NCBI GenBank assembly: GCA_028689875.1
Contig: JAQVCG010000001.1
Span: 3,557 to 67,556 of the forward strand
Direction of reading: 5' to 3'
From: Candidatus Rifleibacteriota bacterium
Lineage (GTDB): Bacteria; Muiribacteriota; Ozemobacteria; Ozemobacterales; Ozemobacteraceae
Length of the DNA: 64,000 nucleotides
Of the stretch, positions 33,988-42,389 are shown piece by piece (positions within the stretch are counted from its first letter, which is position 1; the number at the start of each line of letters is the position of its first letter). A program made the translations under genes and the position numbers. Below the pieces are notes generated by a model, which ran no database searches, was not told the origin of the DNA, and saw nothing but the letters and a program-made list of their open reading frames with translations.

Positions 33988-35706
33988 TTATTTACAAGGT
34001 AATAAACTATCTTTTAAACAGTCTAAAACGCCTGAAATTCCGCGTTTTGCGCAAAATATTACCTGTACCCCACTTTTTTCGGCCGCCAAAATAATTTCTC
34101 TTAATAAAGTATGCGAAAGCTGTTTAACAATTATTGCAACAGCTCTATAAGGGGAGAAACCTGATCTCAGATCTTTAATACTCTCAAAGCCGCTTCTCCA
34201 AGTTACTTCGAGCCCATGAGAGGCCAATGCCTGCTCGTATTCGTGCCCGACTCTGTCTCCGCCAATTATTAAAACCTTTTCACCGTTAAATATTAAATCT
34301 TTTTCTTTATGCAAAGCAGTCTTTGAAGATTTAGCGCGCTTTGCTGCGGGGGCTGTTTTTTGCATCTCTGACTCTAACGAATCAACTCTATATATGCCCT
34401 CATCACGATTTTCAGCTTCAGGTAGCAATACCCCCCTGACCGGGCGACCTATAAACTTAGCGCTAATCGGTATCATTACATGAAACTTTTCATCTTCAGT
34501 TTCTAAAAAGAAAGTGCCCTGTTCAGACTTAATTATTCCTATAATCTCTTTTTTAATATTGCGCTCAAGACTTTCAATTCTCAGCGGAACCCCACTTTCA
34601 TCAAGAGAAAGCAGTGCAAATTCATCAAATACCAACCCGGTTCTTTGCGTAAAACCTTCTGGCAAAATAACAGGTTCTTTATAAACAGACACAAACAATT
34701 GTCTTGAAACAAGTTGTCCGACAACCATGTCTAAAGAATCTTTTTTTTCAAACTCCTCTAGTTTAGCCTGCAAATTAGCAATTGTACTGTTGTATCCGTT
34801 CTCTGTTTTTACAGAGTTTTTCAGCTCTTCATTTTCTTTCTCTAACCTGGCAACAGAAGCATCTCTATTGGCCAAAGCCTGTTTTAAATTAGTTACTTCT
34901 GCTTTTAACTTATCTGAGTATGCTCTTAAATCATTTAAAACTGACAATTGCTCTTTATCAAATAGTTCTGTTGATTCAGAAGCTGCTTTAGTTTCAAACT
35001 CAAGTTTAGCATTTAACTCGCCTAATTTAGCCCTAAGTTGTTCAGATTTTTGCTGCCATTCATTCAGATATTGCGTTTGTTCCGCAAGCTTTACAGACAG
35101 CTTTGTCACTTCTTTCACCCTGATTTCGAGGTTTTCTTTCAGTTCTTTATTGTCTTTTTTAACTTTATTTAAGGCTGATTCAAGCTGCTGAACACGTGAT
35201 TCAAGGAATTCTTTTTCGTTTTTCAAATCTTCATCGGCTTTAGCGTCGCTTTCATCAGGAGCAGCGACATCAACAATTTGTTTTTCGTGCAATTCGAAAT
35301 ACTTGCCGTAAATTCTGTCAGCTCCATCTCGGGGGTCTATTTTAGACAAAATCTCAACTTTTTGAACATCCCCAAATTTTCCGTTATTAAGATCATTTGC
35401 AACATTTTCATCAACGTTCAAATCTAAGAATTTCATTGTCAGATGATTATTTTCAATCCAATTAAAAAGTATAATTTTACGCAAGGCCGCTTCATTTGCT
35501 GAATGCTTCACAAGCTCATCAACTATTCCGCTTTTGTTAACAATCTTGCCTTTTTTAATAAAACGCGCGCATTTCATTTGCAAAAGCTTGTTTGGCATTA
35601 TCCATTTCAACAGTTCAGCATTACTTGTATCATTACAAAGCAACTTTAAAAAATCGTAATCATTTTGCAAACGCTCATAAACTGCTACCCAATATTCATC
35701 TATCAT
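33988..35706 (-). CDS. Coiled-coil protein with a C-terminal DUF2325-like domain; unknown function; translationally coupled to mutS
   Basis: 572 aa. Helical N-domain (~150 aa), then a ~175-aa heptad-rich coiled coil (LESRVQQLESALNKVKKDNKELKENLEIRVKEV...), then a beta-rich middle domain. The C-terminus GEKVLIIGGDRVGHEYEQALASHGLEV...AVAIIVKQLSHTLLREIILAAEKSGVQVIF matches my memory of the DUF2325 pattern. The ATG lies 11 nt inside the 3' end of mutS, with an AAGGA SD 8 nt upstream. Confidence 0.7.
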   Translation of the reverse strand: MIDEYWVAVYERLQNDYDFLKLLCNDTSNAELLKWIMPNKLLQMKCARFIKKGKIVNKSGIVDELVKHSANEAALRKIILFNWIENNHLTMKFLDLNVDENVANDLNNGKFGDVQKVEILSKIDPRDGADRIYGKYFELHEKQIVDVAAPDESDAKADEDLKNEKEFLESRVQQLESALNKVKKDNKELKENLEIRVKEVTKLSVKLAEQTQYLNEWQQKSEQLRAKLGELNAKLEFETKAASESTELFDKEQLSVLNDLRAYSDKLKAEVTNLKQALANRDASVARLEKENEELKNSVKTENGYNSTIANLQAKLEEFEKKDSLDMVVGQLVSRQLFVSVYKEPVILPEGFTQRTGLVFDEFALLSLDESGVPLRIESLERNIKKEIIGIIKSEQGTFFLETEDEKFHVMIPISAKFIGRPVRGVLLPEAENRDEGIYRVDSLESEMQKTAPAAKRAKSSKTALHKEKDLIFNGEKVLIIGGDRVGHEYEQALASHGLEVTWRSGFESIKDLRSGFSPYRAVAIIVKQLSHTLLREIILAAEKSGVQVIFCAKRGISGVLDCLKDSLLPCK

Positions 35707-38323
35707 TTGCCATATCCTTAAGTCTTTGCAAAATATTTAATGCCTCAAGGGGCGTAATATTATTCACATTTATTCTGTTTACCGCCTCTAAGAGCTCGTT
35801 TCCCGGCGAGAATAAGTTTAATTGCACCGGTTGCTGTTTTTTACCTTTCACAGCAAAAGCTCTTGTAACACGCTCAATTTCATCCGTTTCAGTTTTTTCT
35901 AATTCAAATAAAATCTCTTGGGCCCTGTCAATCACAGCTCCCGGCAGCCCCGCAAGTTTTGCGACCTCTATGCCATAAGATTTGCTCGCACAGCCCTCTT
36001 CGATTTTGTGCAAAAACACCATGTTTCCGGTTTTTTCGTCACTTCCGACACTTACATTAAGATTAAAAATCCCTTCATGCACTTTTTCTAACTCGGTTAA
36101 CTCATGGTAGTGCGTTGCAAAAAGCGTTCTTGCCGAGATCTTTAGCGCAATGTGTTCTAAAATAGCCCAAGCCAGCGACAATCCATCAAACGTTGAAGTT
36201 CCGCGCCCGATTTCATCTAATATAAGCAAACTTCTTCCGCTTGCGTTCTTCAAAATCGCTGACGCCTCCATCATTTCGACCATAAATGTCGACTGCCCTC
36301 GTATAAGGTTGTCAGAAGCCCCAACGCGCGTAAAAATTCTATCAACGACCCCTATTTCGGCCGCATCAGCCGGCACAAACGATCCCGACTGTGCCATCAG
36401 CACGATTAAAGCAGTTTGCCTCAAATAAGTTGATTTACCGGCCATATTCGGCCCAGTAATTATGGCCTGTCTTCGCCTATTGCTCAAAGCAACGTCATTT
36501 GGCGTAAATCTTCCGGTGTCTAAGAACTTCTCAACAACAGGATGTCTGCCGCCCTTAATTTCTATGACTTCGCCGCCATTCACAACCGGCCTGCAAAAAT
36601 GGTTTTCAGTCGCCAACTGCGCCATCGAAGCAATAACATCGGTTTTCGCAATCGCCAAAGCATTCTTTTTTATTGCCGCGGTATTTTCTAAAACCCGCGT
36701 CACCACCATCTCAAAAACTTCTTTTTCGATAGCCGTAGACTTCTCGTCAGCCGTAAACACCTTGTTTTCATAGTCTTTAAGCTCTGCCGTGATATATCTT
36801 TCGCCGGTAGTCAAAGTCTGCTTTCTAATGTAATTATCAGGTGCCTGGTCAGCCTGCCCCTTCGAAATTTCGATAAAATACCCAAAAACGCTGTTCTTGC
36901 GAACCTTGAGCGTTTTAATTCCGGTTCGCGTCCGTTCTTCTTCTTCAAACGCCTTCAACCAAGCGCTGCCATCACGCAGCAAGCCCCTCAGCTCGTCTAA
37001 TTCCGCATTCACGCCATCTCTGATTACCCCGCCATCACTCAAATTCGGCGGCAGCTCATCGGCAAGCATCGAATCCACATAGCCGGTCAGCTCTGTCAAT
37101 TCTTCAAAATTTTCTGCTAATTCGCTTTGTTTCTCATCATTCAAAGTTCTTTTTAATTCAGGTACACGGGAAAGGCCTAACGCAAGCGCCTGAATATCTC
37201 GCGGGTTTCTGCTTCCTAACGCTACTTTGCTTAACAAGCGCTCTAAGTCGGTTATGCCTTTTAACAATTCGCGGGTTTCTGCCAAAAGCAATGCATTATT
37301 TACAAAACATTCAACCATATCTAAGCGCTTATTTATAGAAGCCGGCTCTACTAAGGGTTTCAAAAGCCACTTCTTTAGCATGCGGGCGCCCATTGCGGTC
37401 TTTGTTCGGTTTAAAACGTCGAACAGAGTGCCGCCAATATTGCGTGTTCTGCCATCGGGCATTAACTCTAAATTAGCAAGAGTCGATTCATCTAACACCA
37501 TTCCATCGCCTAACCGATAATCCTTTGGCAAGCTCAAATGGCTTAACGAGCACCGTTGCGTGTCTAACAAATGATCGGCCAAAATACCTAAAGCTTTTAA
37601 AGTCAGCGGCGGCAACCCCAAAAACGTTGCCTTATGTTGGCCCGGATAAAGGTTGACAAGCATTTCAACAGCTTCATTTTCACTAATTTTTTTGTAATGA
37701 GCTTCTGATTTAATATGACGCCATGGAATAAAAGCCGGTGCTAATCCGCTTGAATCAGTCAAACATATAATTTCGCGCGGCATCAGTCTCGTCAATTCTT
37801 CGGGCAGGATTTCCATTTCTGATTTGTCGCCTGTCGTGACTATTACCTCACCTGTGCTCAGTTCAGCAGAGGCTAAACAAAAGCGTTCATTATTCGTTGC
37901 AAAAGAAGTCAGGTAATTATTTGAGCTTTCGTCAAGCATAGTCGGATCAGACACAGTGCCCGGAGTTATAATTCTGACCACATCACGTTTAACAAGCCCC
38001 TTAGCCTTTTTGGGGTCTTCAAGCTGCTCGCATATAGCAACTGTAAAACCCTTTTGAACTAATTTGGCAATATAGCCATCAATGCTGTGATATGGCACAC
38101 CTGCTAACGGAACAGGATTATTACTCGTTTTTCCTCTAGCAGTCAAAGTAATTTGAAGCTCTTTTGAGACTAAAACCGCATCTTCAAAAAAGGTTTCGTA
38201 GAAATCGCCGCATCTGAAAAGTAATATCGCTGACGGATTTTCATTTTTTAGATCAACATATTGCTGCATCAGGGGTGTTAAAGCTGAATCTGAGTTTTGT
38301 CTGTTTTCAAGTTCAATATCCAC
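35696..38323 (-). CDS. mutS: DNA mismatch repair protein MutS
   Basis: 875 aa. TPLMQQY, mismatch-binding GDFYETF, Walker A GPNMAGKST, LILDEIGRGTSTFDG, THYHEL. Confidence 0.97.
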   Translation of the reverse strand: MDIELENRQNSDSALTPLMQQYVDLKNENPSAILLFRCGDFYETFFEDAVLVSKELQITLTARGKTSNNPVPLAGVPYHSIDGYIAKLVQKGFTVAICEQLEDPKKAKGLVKRDVVRIITPGTVSDPTMLDESSNNYLTSFATNNERFCLASAELSTGEVIVTTGDKSEMEILPEELTRLMPREIICLTDSSGLAPAFIPWRHIKSEAHYKKISENEAVEMLVNLYPGQHKATFLGLPPLTLKALGILADHLLDTQRCSLSHLSLPKDYRLGDGMVLDESTLANLELMPDGRTRNIGGTLFDVLNRTKTAMGARMLKKWLLKPLVEPASINKRLDMVECFVNNALLLAETRELLKGITDLERLLSKVALGSRNPRDIQALALGLSRVPELKRTLNDEKQSELAENFEELTELTGYVDSMLADELPPNLSDGGVIRDGVNAELDELRGLLRDGSAWLKAFEEEERTRTGIKTLKVRKNSVFGYFIEISKGQADQAPDNYIRKQTLTTGERYITAELKDYENKVFTADEKSTAIEKEVFEMVVTRVLENTAAIKKNALAIAKTDVIASMAQLATENHFCRPVVNGGEVIEIKGGRHPVVEKFLDTGRFTPNDVALSNRRRQAIITGPNMAGKSTYLRQTALIVLMAQSGSFVPADAAEIGVVDRIFTRVGASDNLIRGQSTFMVEMMEASAILKNASGRSLLILDEIGRGTSTFDGLSLAWAILEHIALKISARTLFATHYHELTELEKVHEGIFNLNVSVGSDEKTGNMVFLHKIEEGCASKSYGIEVAKLAGLPGAVIDRAQEILFELEKTETDEIERVTRAFAVKGKKQQPVQLNLFSPGNELLEAVNRINVNNITPLEALNILQRLKDMANDR

Positions 38324-38334
38324 AATTTATTCCC

Positions 38335-39450
38335 TTAGCTTAAGTCGTCAAAGTTAAACAAATCTTGCACATAATCGACATTTTGTTTCGCTACATATGT
38401 TTCGGGCGGTTTTAAGCCCATGTATTCCCAGGCGGCTCTTGTAGCTATTCTGCCCCTGCCCGTTCGTGCCAAAAAGCCTATTTGAATTAAAAAACTTTCG
38501 TAAACATCATAAATTGTATCGGCTTCTTCCCCTACAGAGACAGCAAGCGTATCTAAGCTCACCGGGCCGCCGTCGAATCGTTTTAATAAAACTTCTAAGA
38601 TTTTTCGGTCGATATAATCTAAGCCCATTCGATCAACCTGAAGCATTCTCATTCCGGCTTCAACCGTTTCTACATCTACCGAAGGTTTTTTGCTTACCTG
38701 AGCTACATCGCGCATTCGCCTAAACATACGTATTGCCACGCGAGGCGTGCCGCGTGCCCTGCCCGCTATTTCGCGTGCTGCATCGACAGCAACGGGGTAT
38801 TGCAATCTTCTCGAAACCGATTCAATCAGAGAGGTCAGCTCTTCAACAGAATAGTAATCTATTCTTGAGATAACTCCGAATCTTGTGCGAAGAGGTGCTG
38901 AAATGTCTCCTTCGCGTGTTGTGGCACCGATAAGCGTAAAAGGCTGAACTTTCATACGCAGACTACGCGCCGTTGGCCCCTTCCCTATTAAAACATCGAA
39001 ATGATAATCTTCCATTGCGGGATAAAGCACTTCTTCAACATTTTTATTCAACCGGTGAATTTCATCTATAAAAAGAACGTCGCCCGCCCTTAAGCCGGTC
39101 AATAAAGCGGCAACATCGCCCGCGCGATTTAAAACGGGGCCCGATGTTATTTTAATTTGAACACCCATTTCGGCGGCAATAATATTTGCCAGCGTTGTTT
39201 TGCCCAAGCCCGGAGGTCCTAAGAGCAACGTGTGGTCTAATGGCTCATTGCGCTCGCGGGCTGCAGCTATGAATATTCGCAGTTTTTCGACAATAGAAGT
39301 CTGCCCTACAAATTCATCGAACTTGCGGGGTCTCATGCTCGGAAGAATCATTTCTTCGTCGTCAGGTAAAACGGTTCGCGCTAACACCTGATCGTTATCG
39401 TCAAAAAAATCTTCTTCTTCAAGGTCGTCGTATTTTGATTTTTTACTCAT
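38335..39450 (-). CDS. ruvB: Holliday junction branch migration ATPase RuvB
   Basis: 371 aa. LRPRKFDEFVGQ, Walker A GPPGLGKTT, Walker B LFIDEIHRL, TLIGATTREG. Carries a ~30-aa acidic N-terminal extension (DDLEEEDFFDDND). Confidence 0.97.
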   Translation of the reverse strand: MSKKSKYDDLEEEDFFDDNDQVLARTVLPDDEEMILPSMRPRKFDEFVGQTSIVEKLRIFIAAARERNEPLDHTLLLGPPGLGKTTLANIIAAEMGVQIKITSGPVLNRAGDVAALLTGLRAGDVLFIDEIHRLNKNVEEVLYPAMEDYHFDVLIGKGPTARSLRMKVQPFTLIGATTREGDISAPLRTRFGVISRIDYYSVEELTSLIESVSRRLQYPVAVDAAREIAGRARGTPRVAIRMFRRMRDVAQVSKKPSVDVETVEAGMRMLQVDRMGLDYIDRKILEVLLKRFDGGPVSLDTLAVSVGEEADTIYDVYESFLIQIGFLARTGRGRIATRAAWEYMGLKPPETYVAKQNVDYVQDLFNFDDLS

Positions 39451-39452
39451 AA

Positions 39453-40067
39453 TTAAGCAGCAAAGGCGCGTAATACTGCGCCAATCGTGTCTTCAAGCGT
39501 TGAGTCTGCAGGCAAATCTTTTGCGACTTTTTTAAGACAAGCGCTTATTTCTTTTGCAGAATAGCCTAAGTTTTCTAGGGCTTCTCTGACGTCGTCTTCG
39601 AAAGGTATGATATGACTTTCGGGTTGTTGCGGTTTTGCACCATCAACGCTGCCAATGCCCATTTTTGCTATTTGATCTTTAAGTTCGACAACCAATCTGG
39701 ATGCGAGTTTGGGGCCAACCCCTTTCAAAGATTGAAGGGCGGTTATATTATCTGACAAAATCATTGTGGCAAGCGCTTCCGGCGTTGTTGCAGACATTAT
39801 ATTCAATGCCATCTTAGGACCAACTTTATTTACGCCGGTAAGAATGCGAAACATTTGTCGTTCATTTTCACAAGAAAAGCCGAAAAGCTGCGGCCCGTCT
39901 TCCTGACGCCAGTGCAGGTGGCAAAGCAATCTTACTTGCAGTCCCTTTTCAGGTAAATCTTTGCTCGTAGAAAAAGGAACAAGTATTTCAACTCCCATTC
40001 CCCGATAGTCTACAACTACACGATGAGGCTGTTTAACCTGAAGCACACCTGTAATATAATCTATCAT
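39453..40067 (-). CDS. ruvA: Holliday junction DNA helicase subunit RuvA
   Basis: 204 aa. MIDYITGVL...VVVDYRGMGVEILV OB-fold start. Two HhH motifs (LTGVNKVGPKMAL, LQSLKGVGPKLASRL). C-terminal domain III. Confidence 0.93.
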   Translation of the reverse strand: MIDYITGVLQVKQPHRVVVDYRGMGVEILVPFSTSKDLPEKGLQVRLLCHLHWRQEDGPQLFGFSCENERQMFRILTGVNKVGPKMALNIMSATTPEALATMILSDNITALQSLKGVGPKLASRLVVELKDQIAKMGIGSVDGAKPQQPESHIIPFEDDVREALENLGYSAKEISACLKKVAKDLPADSTLEDTIGAVLRAFAA

Positions 40068-40091
40068 TTTACACCAATCATTCCCAATTTT

Positions 40092-40122
40092 AAAAAAAGC
40101 TCCTCAGTGGTGAGGAGCTTTT
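40092..40122 (-). terminator. Rho-independent terminator downstream of yebC, separating it from ruvA
   Basis: Stem agctcctca (40098..40106) / tgaggagct (40111..40119), 4-nt loop. On the minus strand it is followed by a U7 run (complement of 40092..40098). Confidence 0.8.
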
Positions 40123-40137
40123 ATATTCAAAACAAGC

Positions 40138-40902
40138 TTACATCTCAGCCATCGCTGCTTCCATATCCTCATCGGATATTTCATAATTGTAGTATACGTC
40201 TTGAACGTCGTCGTGATCTTCAAGAGCATCAACAAGTCTAAGAACTTTTTTAACATCTTCGCCTGTAACCTTTACGGTTGTTTTGGCTATAGCTGTTACT
40301 TTAGCTTCTTCTGTTTTAATGTTTTTGTCTTCGAATACTTGGCGAACATTATAAAATTCACTTGGTGAAGTATATACTTCAAAGCCGTCGTCCAGTGTTT
40401 TCATATCATCGCCGCCGGCTTCTAATACCATTTCCATGAGGGCATCTTCAGTTAGTCCGGGGTTAGATTCTTTGGGCACAAAGAAGAAACCTTTTGTATC
40501 AAACATAAACGAGACACAGCCCGGAACGCCCATGTTTCCGCCGGCTTTGCTGTAAATCTTATTAACTTCGGCTACAGTACGATTTGTATTGTCAGTTAAG
40601 CATTTTGCAATAACGGCAACTCCACCTGCAGCATAGCCTTCATAAGCAACTTCTTCGTAATTTACACCTTCGAGTTCTCCTGTGCCTTTTTTAATAGCAC
40701 GCTCTATATTATCTTTAGGCATATTGCAGTCTCTTGCCGAAAGCAAAGCTGTTCTCAGACGTGGATTAGAGCTTGGGTCTCCTCCGCCTAATCGTGCTGC
40801 AATAGTAATTTCTTTGATTACTTTAGTAAACTGGCGCCCTCTAACGGCGTCGACTTTGGCCTTTACGTGTTTGACTTTGGCCCACTTATTATGACCTGAC
40901 AT
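40138..40902 (-). CDS. yebC: YebC/PmpR family DNA-binding regulator
   Basis: 254 aa. MSGHNKWAKVKHVKAKVDAVRGRQFTK... and NPRLRTALLSARDCNMPKDNIERAIKKG are hallmark YebC blocks. Confidence 0.93.
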   Translation of the reverse strand: MSGHNKWAKVKHVKAKVDAVRGRQFTKVIKEITIAARLGGGDPSSNPRLRTALLSARDCNMPKDNIERAIKKGTGELEGVNYEEVAYEGYAAGGVAVIAKCLTDNTNRTVAEVNKIYSKAGGNMGVPGCVSFMFDTKGFFFVPKESNPGLTEDALMEMVLEAGGDDMKTLDDGFEVYTSPSEFYNVRQVFEDKNIKTEEAKVTAIAKTTVKVTGEDVKKVLRLVDALEDHDDVQDVYYNYEISDEDMEAAMAEM

Positions 40903-41004
40903 TTATTGCCCTCCAAGTTTTGGGAAGTAGCAAAAGTATAACACGCACCCATTAGGTAGTCCACAATTTTTTTGAGTGTATCCTTTATATCTATCTTAAT
41001 CGCT

Positions 41005-41044
41005 AAAAACAAAATGCCGCGAGCAGTAATACTCGCGGCATTTA
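41005..41044 (-). terminator. Rho-independent terminator downstream of the flagellin gene
   Basis: Stem atgccgcgag (41014..41023) / ctcgcggcat (41032..41041). On the minus strand it is followed by UUUUGUUUUU (complement of 41005..41014). Confidence 0.8.
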
Positions 41045-41055
41045 AAATCAGTAAA

Positions 41056-41850
41056 TTACCCCAATAAATCTAAAACTTTGCTCGCGGTAACATTTTGCAT
41101 ATCAAATGCTTTAATTGCAAACTTAGACTGTAAATCATCACGGTTCATGTTTATTATTTCGGCCGCCATGTCAACATCTTCAATCTGCGACTGAGCAGAA
41201 GCTGTGTTTATTAAACTAGTTTGATAGTTAGATATTTCTGAGTTAATGCCATTAACAGTTGCACCAATTTGGCTTCTGAATGAAGTAACTTTATCAATTG
41301 CAGACTTTACACTTTCGATAGCCTTTGACGCATCTGCCTGGTTAGCAACCGAAACTTTGGATAACCCAAGCGATGTAGCATCAACCGCAGCTTGAGAAAA
41401 ATCGGTACCGTTAGTCAACGAAACAGAAAGAGAGCCATCTAGAAGTTTTTTTGTATTAAACTCTGTGCTCGAAGCTGTTTTATTGATTCCGGCAGACAAT
41501 TCATTGATTTCCGCCTGAATAGTAGCTCTGTCGCTGTCTGTTAAAGTTCCGTTTGCTGCCTGCACTGCTAATTCGCTCATACGCTGCAAGCTTTCGGATG
41601 TAGAGCCCAATGCTCCCTCTGCGGTCTGCAACATGGACACTTCAGACATTCCGTTGCTGATCTGTTGTGATATACCGCGAGTCTGAGCCTGCAAGGCCGC
41701 TAAAACGGCCAAATCACTGGGGCTGTCAGAAGCTTTGTTTATCTTTTTGCCTGAAGAAAGTCGCTCAATCGAAGAATTCAAATTCGAATCAGAACGCAAA
41801 AGATTATTGTGAAGTTTATTATATGTTGAACTTGTTGTGCCTACTACCAT
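41056..41850 (-). CDS. Flagellin (short form, D0/D1 core only)
   Basis: 264 aa. N-terminal block SIERLSSGKKINKASDSPSDLAVLAALQAQTRGISQQISNGMSEVSMLQTAEGAL...LQRMSELAVQAANGTLTDSDRATIQAEINEL. C-terminal block QIGATVNGINSEISNYQTSLINTASAQSQIEDVDMAAEI...ASKVLDLLG. AAGGAGG SD. Confidence 0.88.
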   Translation of the reverse strand: MVVGTTSSTYNKLHNNLLRSDSNLNSSIERLSSGKKINKASDSPSDLAVLAALQAQTRGISQQISNGMSEVSMLQTAEGALGSTSESLQRMSELAVQAANGTLTDSDRATIQAEINELSAGINKTASSTEFNTKKLLDGSLSVSLTNGTDFSQAAVDATSLGLSKVSVANQADASKAIESVKSAIDKVTSFRSQIGATVNGINSEISNYQTSLINTASAQSQIEDVDMAAEIINMNRDDLQSKFAIKAFDMQNVTASKVLDLLG

Positions 41851-41878
41851 AAAAAGACCTCCTTGTCTCTATACCTTT

Positions 41879-41908
41879 ATTATAGCAATGTTTACCTGAT
41901 CTTGTCAA
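41879..41908 (-). promoter_or_regulatory. Consensus sigma-70-type promoter of the flagellin gene
   Basis: On the minus strand: TTGACA (complement of 41903..41908), 18-nt spacer, TATAAT (complement of 41879..41884). About 28 nt upstream of the ATG. Confidence 0.6.
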
Positions 41909-41916
41909 AACAGAGA

Positions 41917-42273
41917 CTAGCCGGCTATTCCTTCAACCGCTTCGCTTTCGCTGCCATACAAATCTGCCATTTGCAGTAAGCCGACCATCTTAAAAACTCC
42001 TGATGCCAACTCGCTCAAACCTACAAAAGCCAAATCTCCGCCGATTTCATCTACAATAATTTCTGCTACTTCAATTATTTGCGCTATTCCCTGCGAATTT
42101 ATGACCGGCGATTCACTAAAGTTTATTACAACTTTTCTGACTTCTTGGGACAAAGCCTCGTTAACGACTTTTGCTAACTCAGCGCCCCCATTTTCGTCGA
42201 CATAGCCACAGGGCCGAACAATTAAAACATCTTTGCTTATTGCAGTTGTTACCGTAAAATTACTCATAACCAT
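41917..42273 (-). CDS. STAS-domain protein (anti-sigma-factor antagonist, SpoIIAA-like)
   Basis: 118 aa. LIVRPCGYVDENGGAELAKVV..., VVINFSESPVINSQGIAQII (conserved Ser position), LAFVGLSELASGVFKMVGL. Confidence 0.8.
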   Translation of the reverse strand: MVMSNFTVTTAISKDVLIVRPCGYVDENGGAELAKVVNEALSQEVRKVVINFSESPVINSQGIAQIIEVAEIIVDEIGGDLAFVGLSELASGVFKMVGLLQMADLYGSESEAVEGIAG

Positions 42274-42275
42274 AT

Positions 42276-42302
42276 ATTATATCGGCACAATACTCTTGTC
42301 AA
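42276..42302 (-). promoter_or_regulatory. Candidate sigma-70-type promoter abutting the STAS start codon, preceded by an A-tract UP-like element
   Basis: On the minus strand: TTGACA (complement of 42297..42302), 15-nt spacer, TATAAT (complement of 42276..42281), 2 nt, ATG (42273). Alternative reading is a 17-nt spacer with TAATAT. Upstream (42303..42360) is a long A-rich tract on the minus strand. Confidence 0.45.
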
Positions 42303-42389
42303 TTTATATCATTTTTTGTTTTTTTTCTTTTTTTATTGTTTATTGTTGTTTACGTTTGTTTGTCGGCTCTGATGACAGCTCTAAAATAA

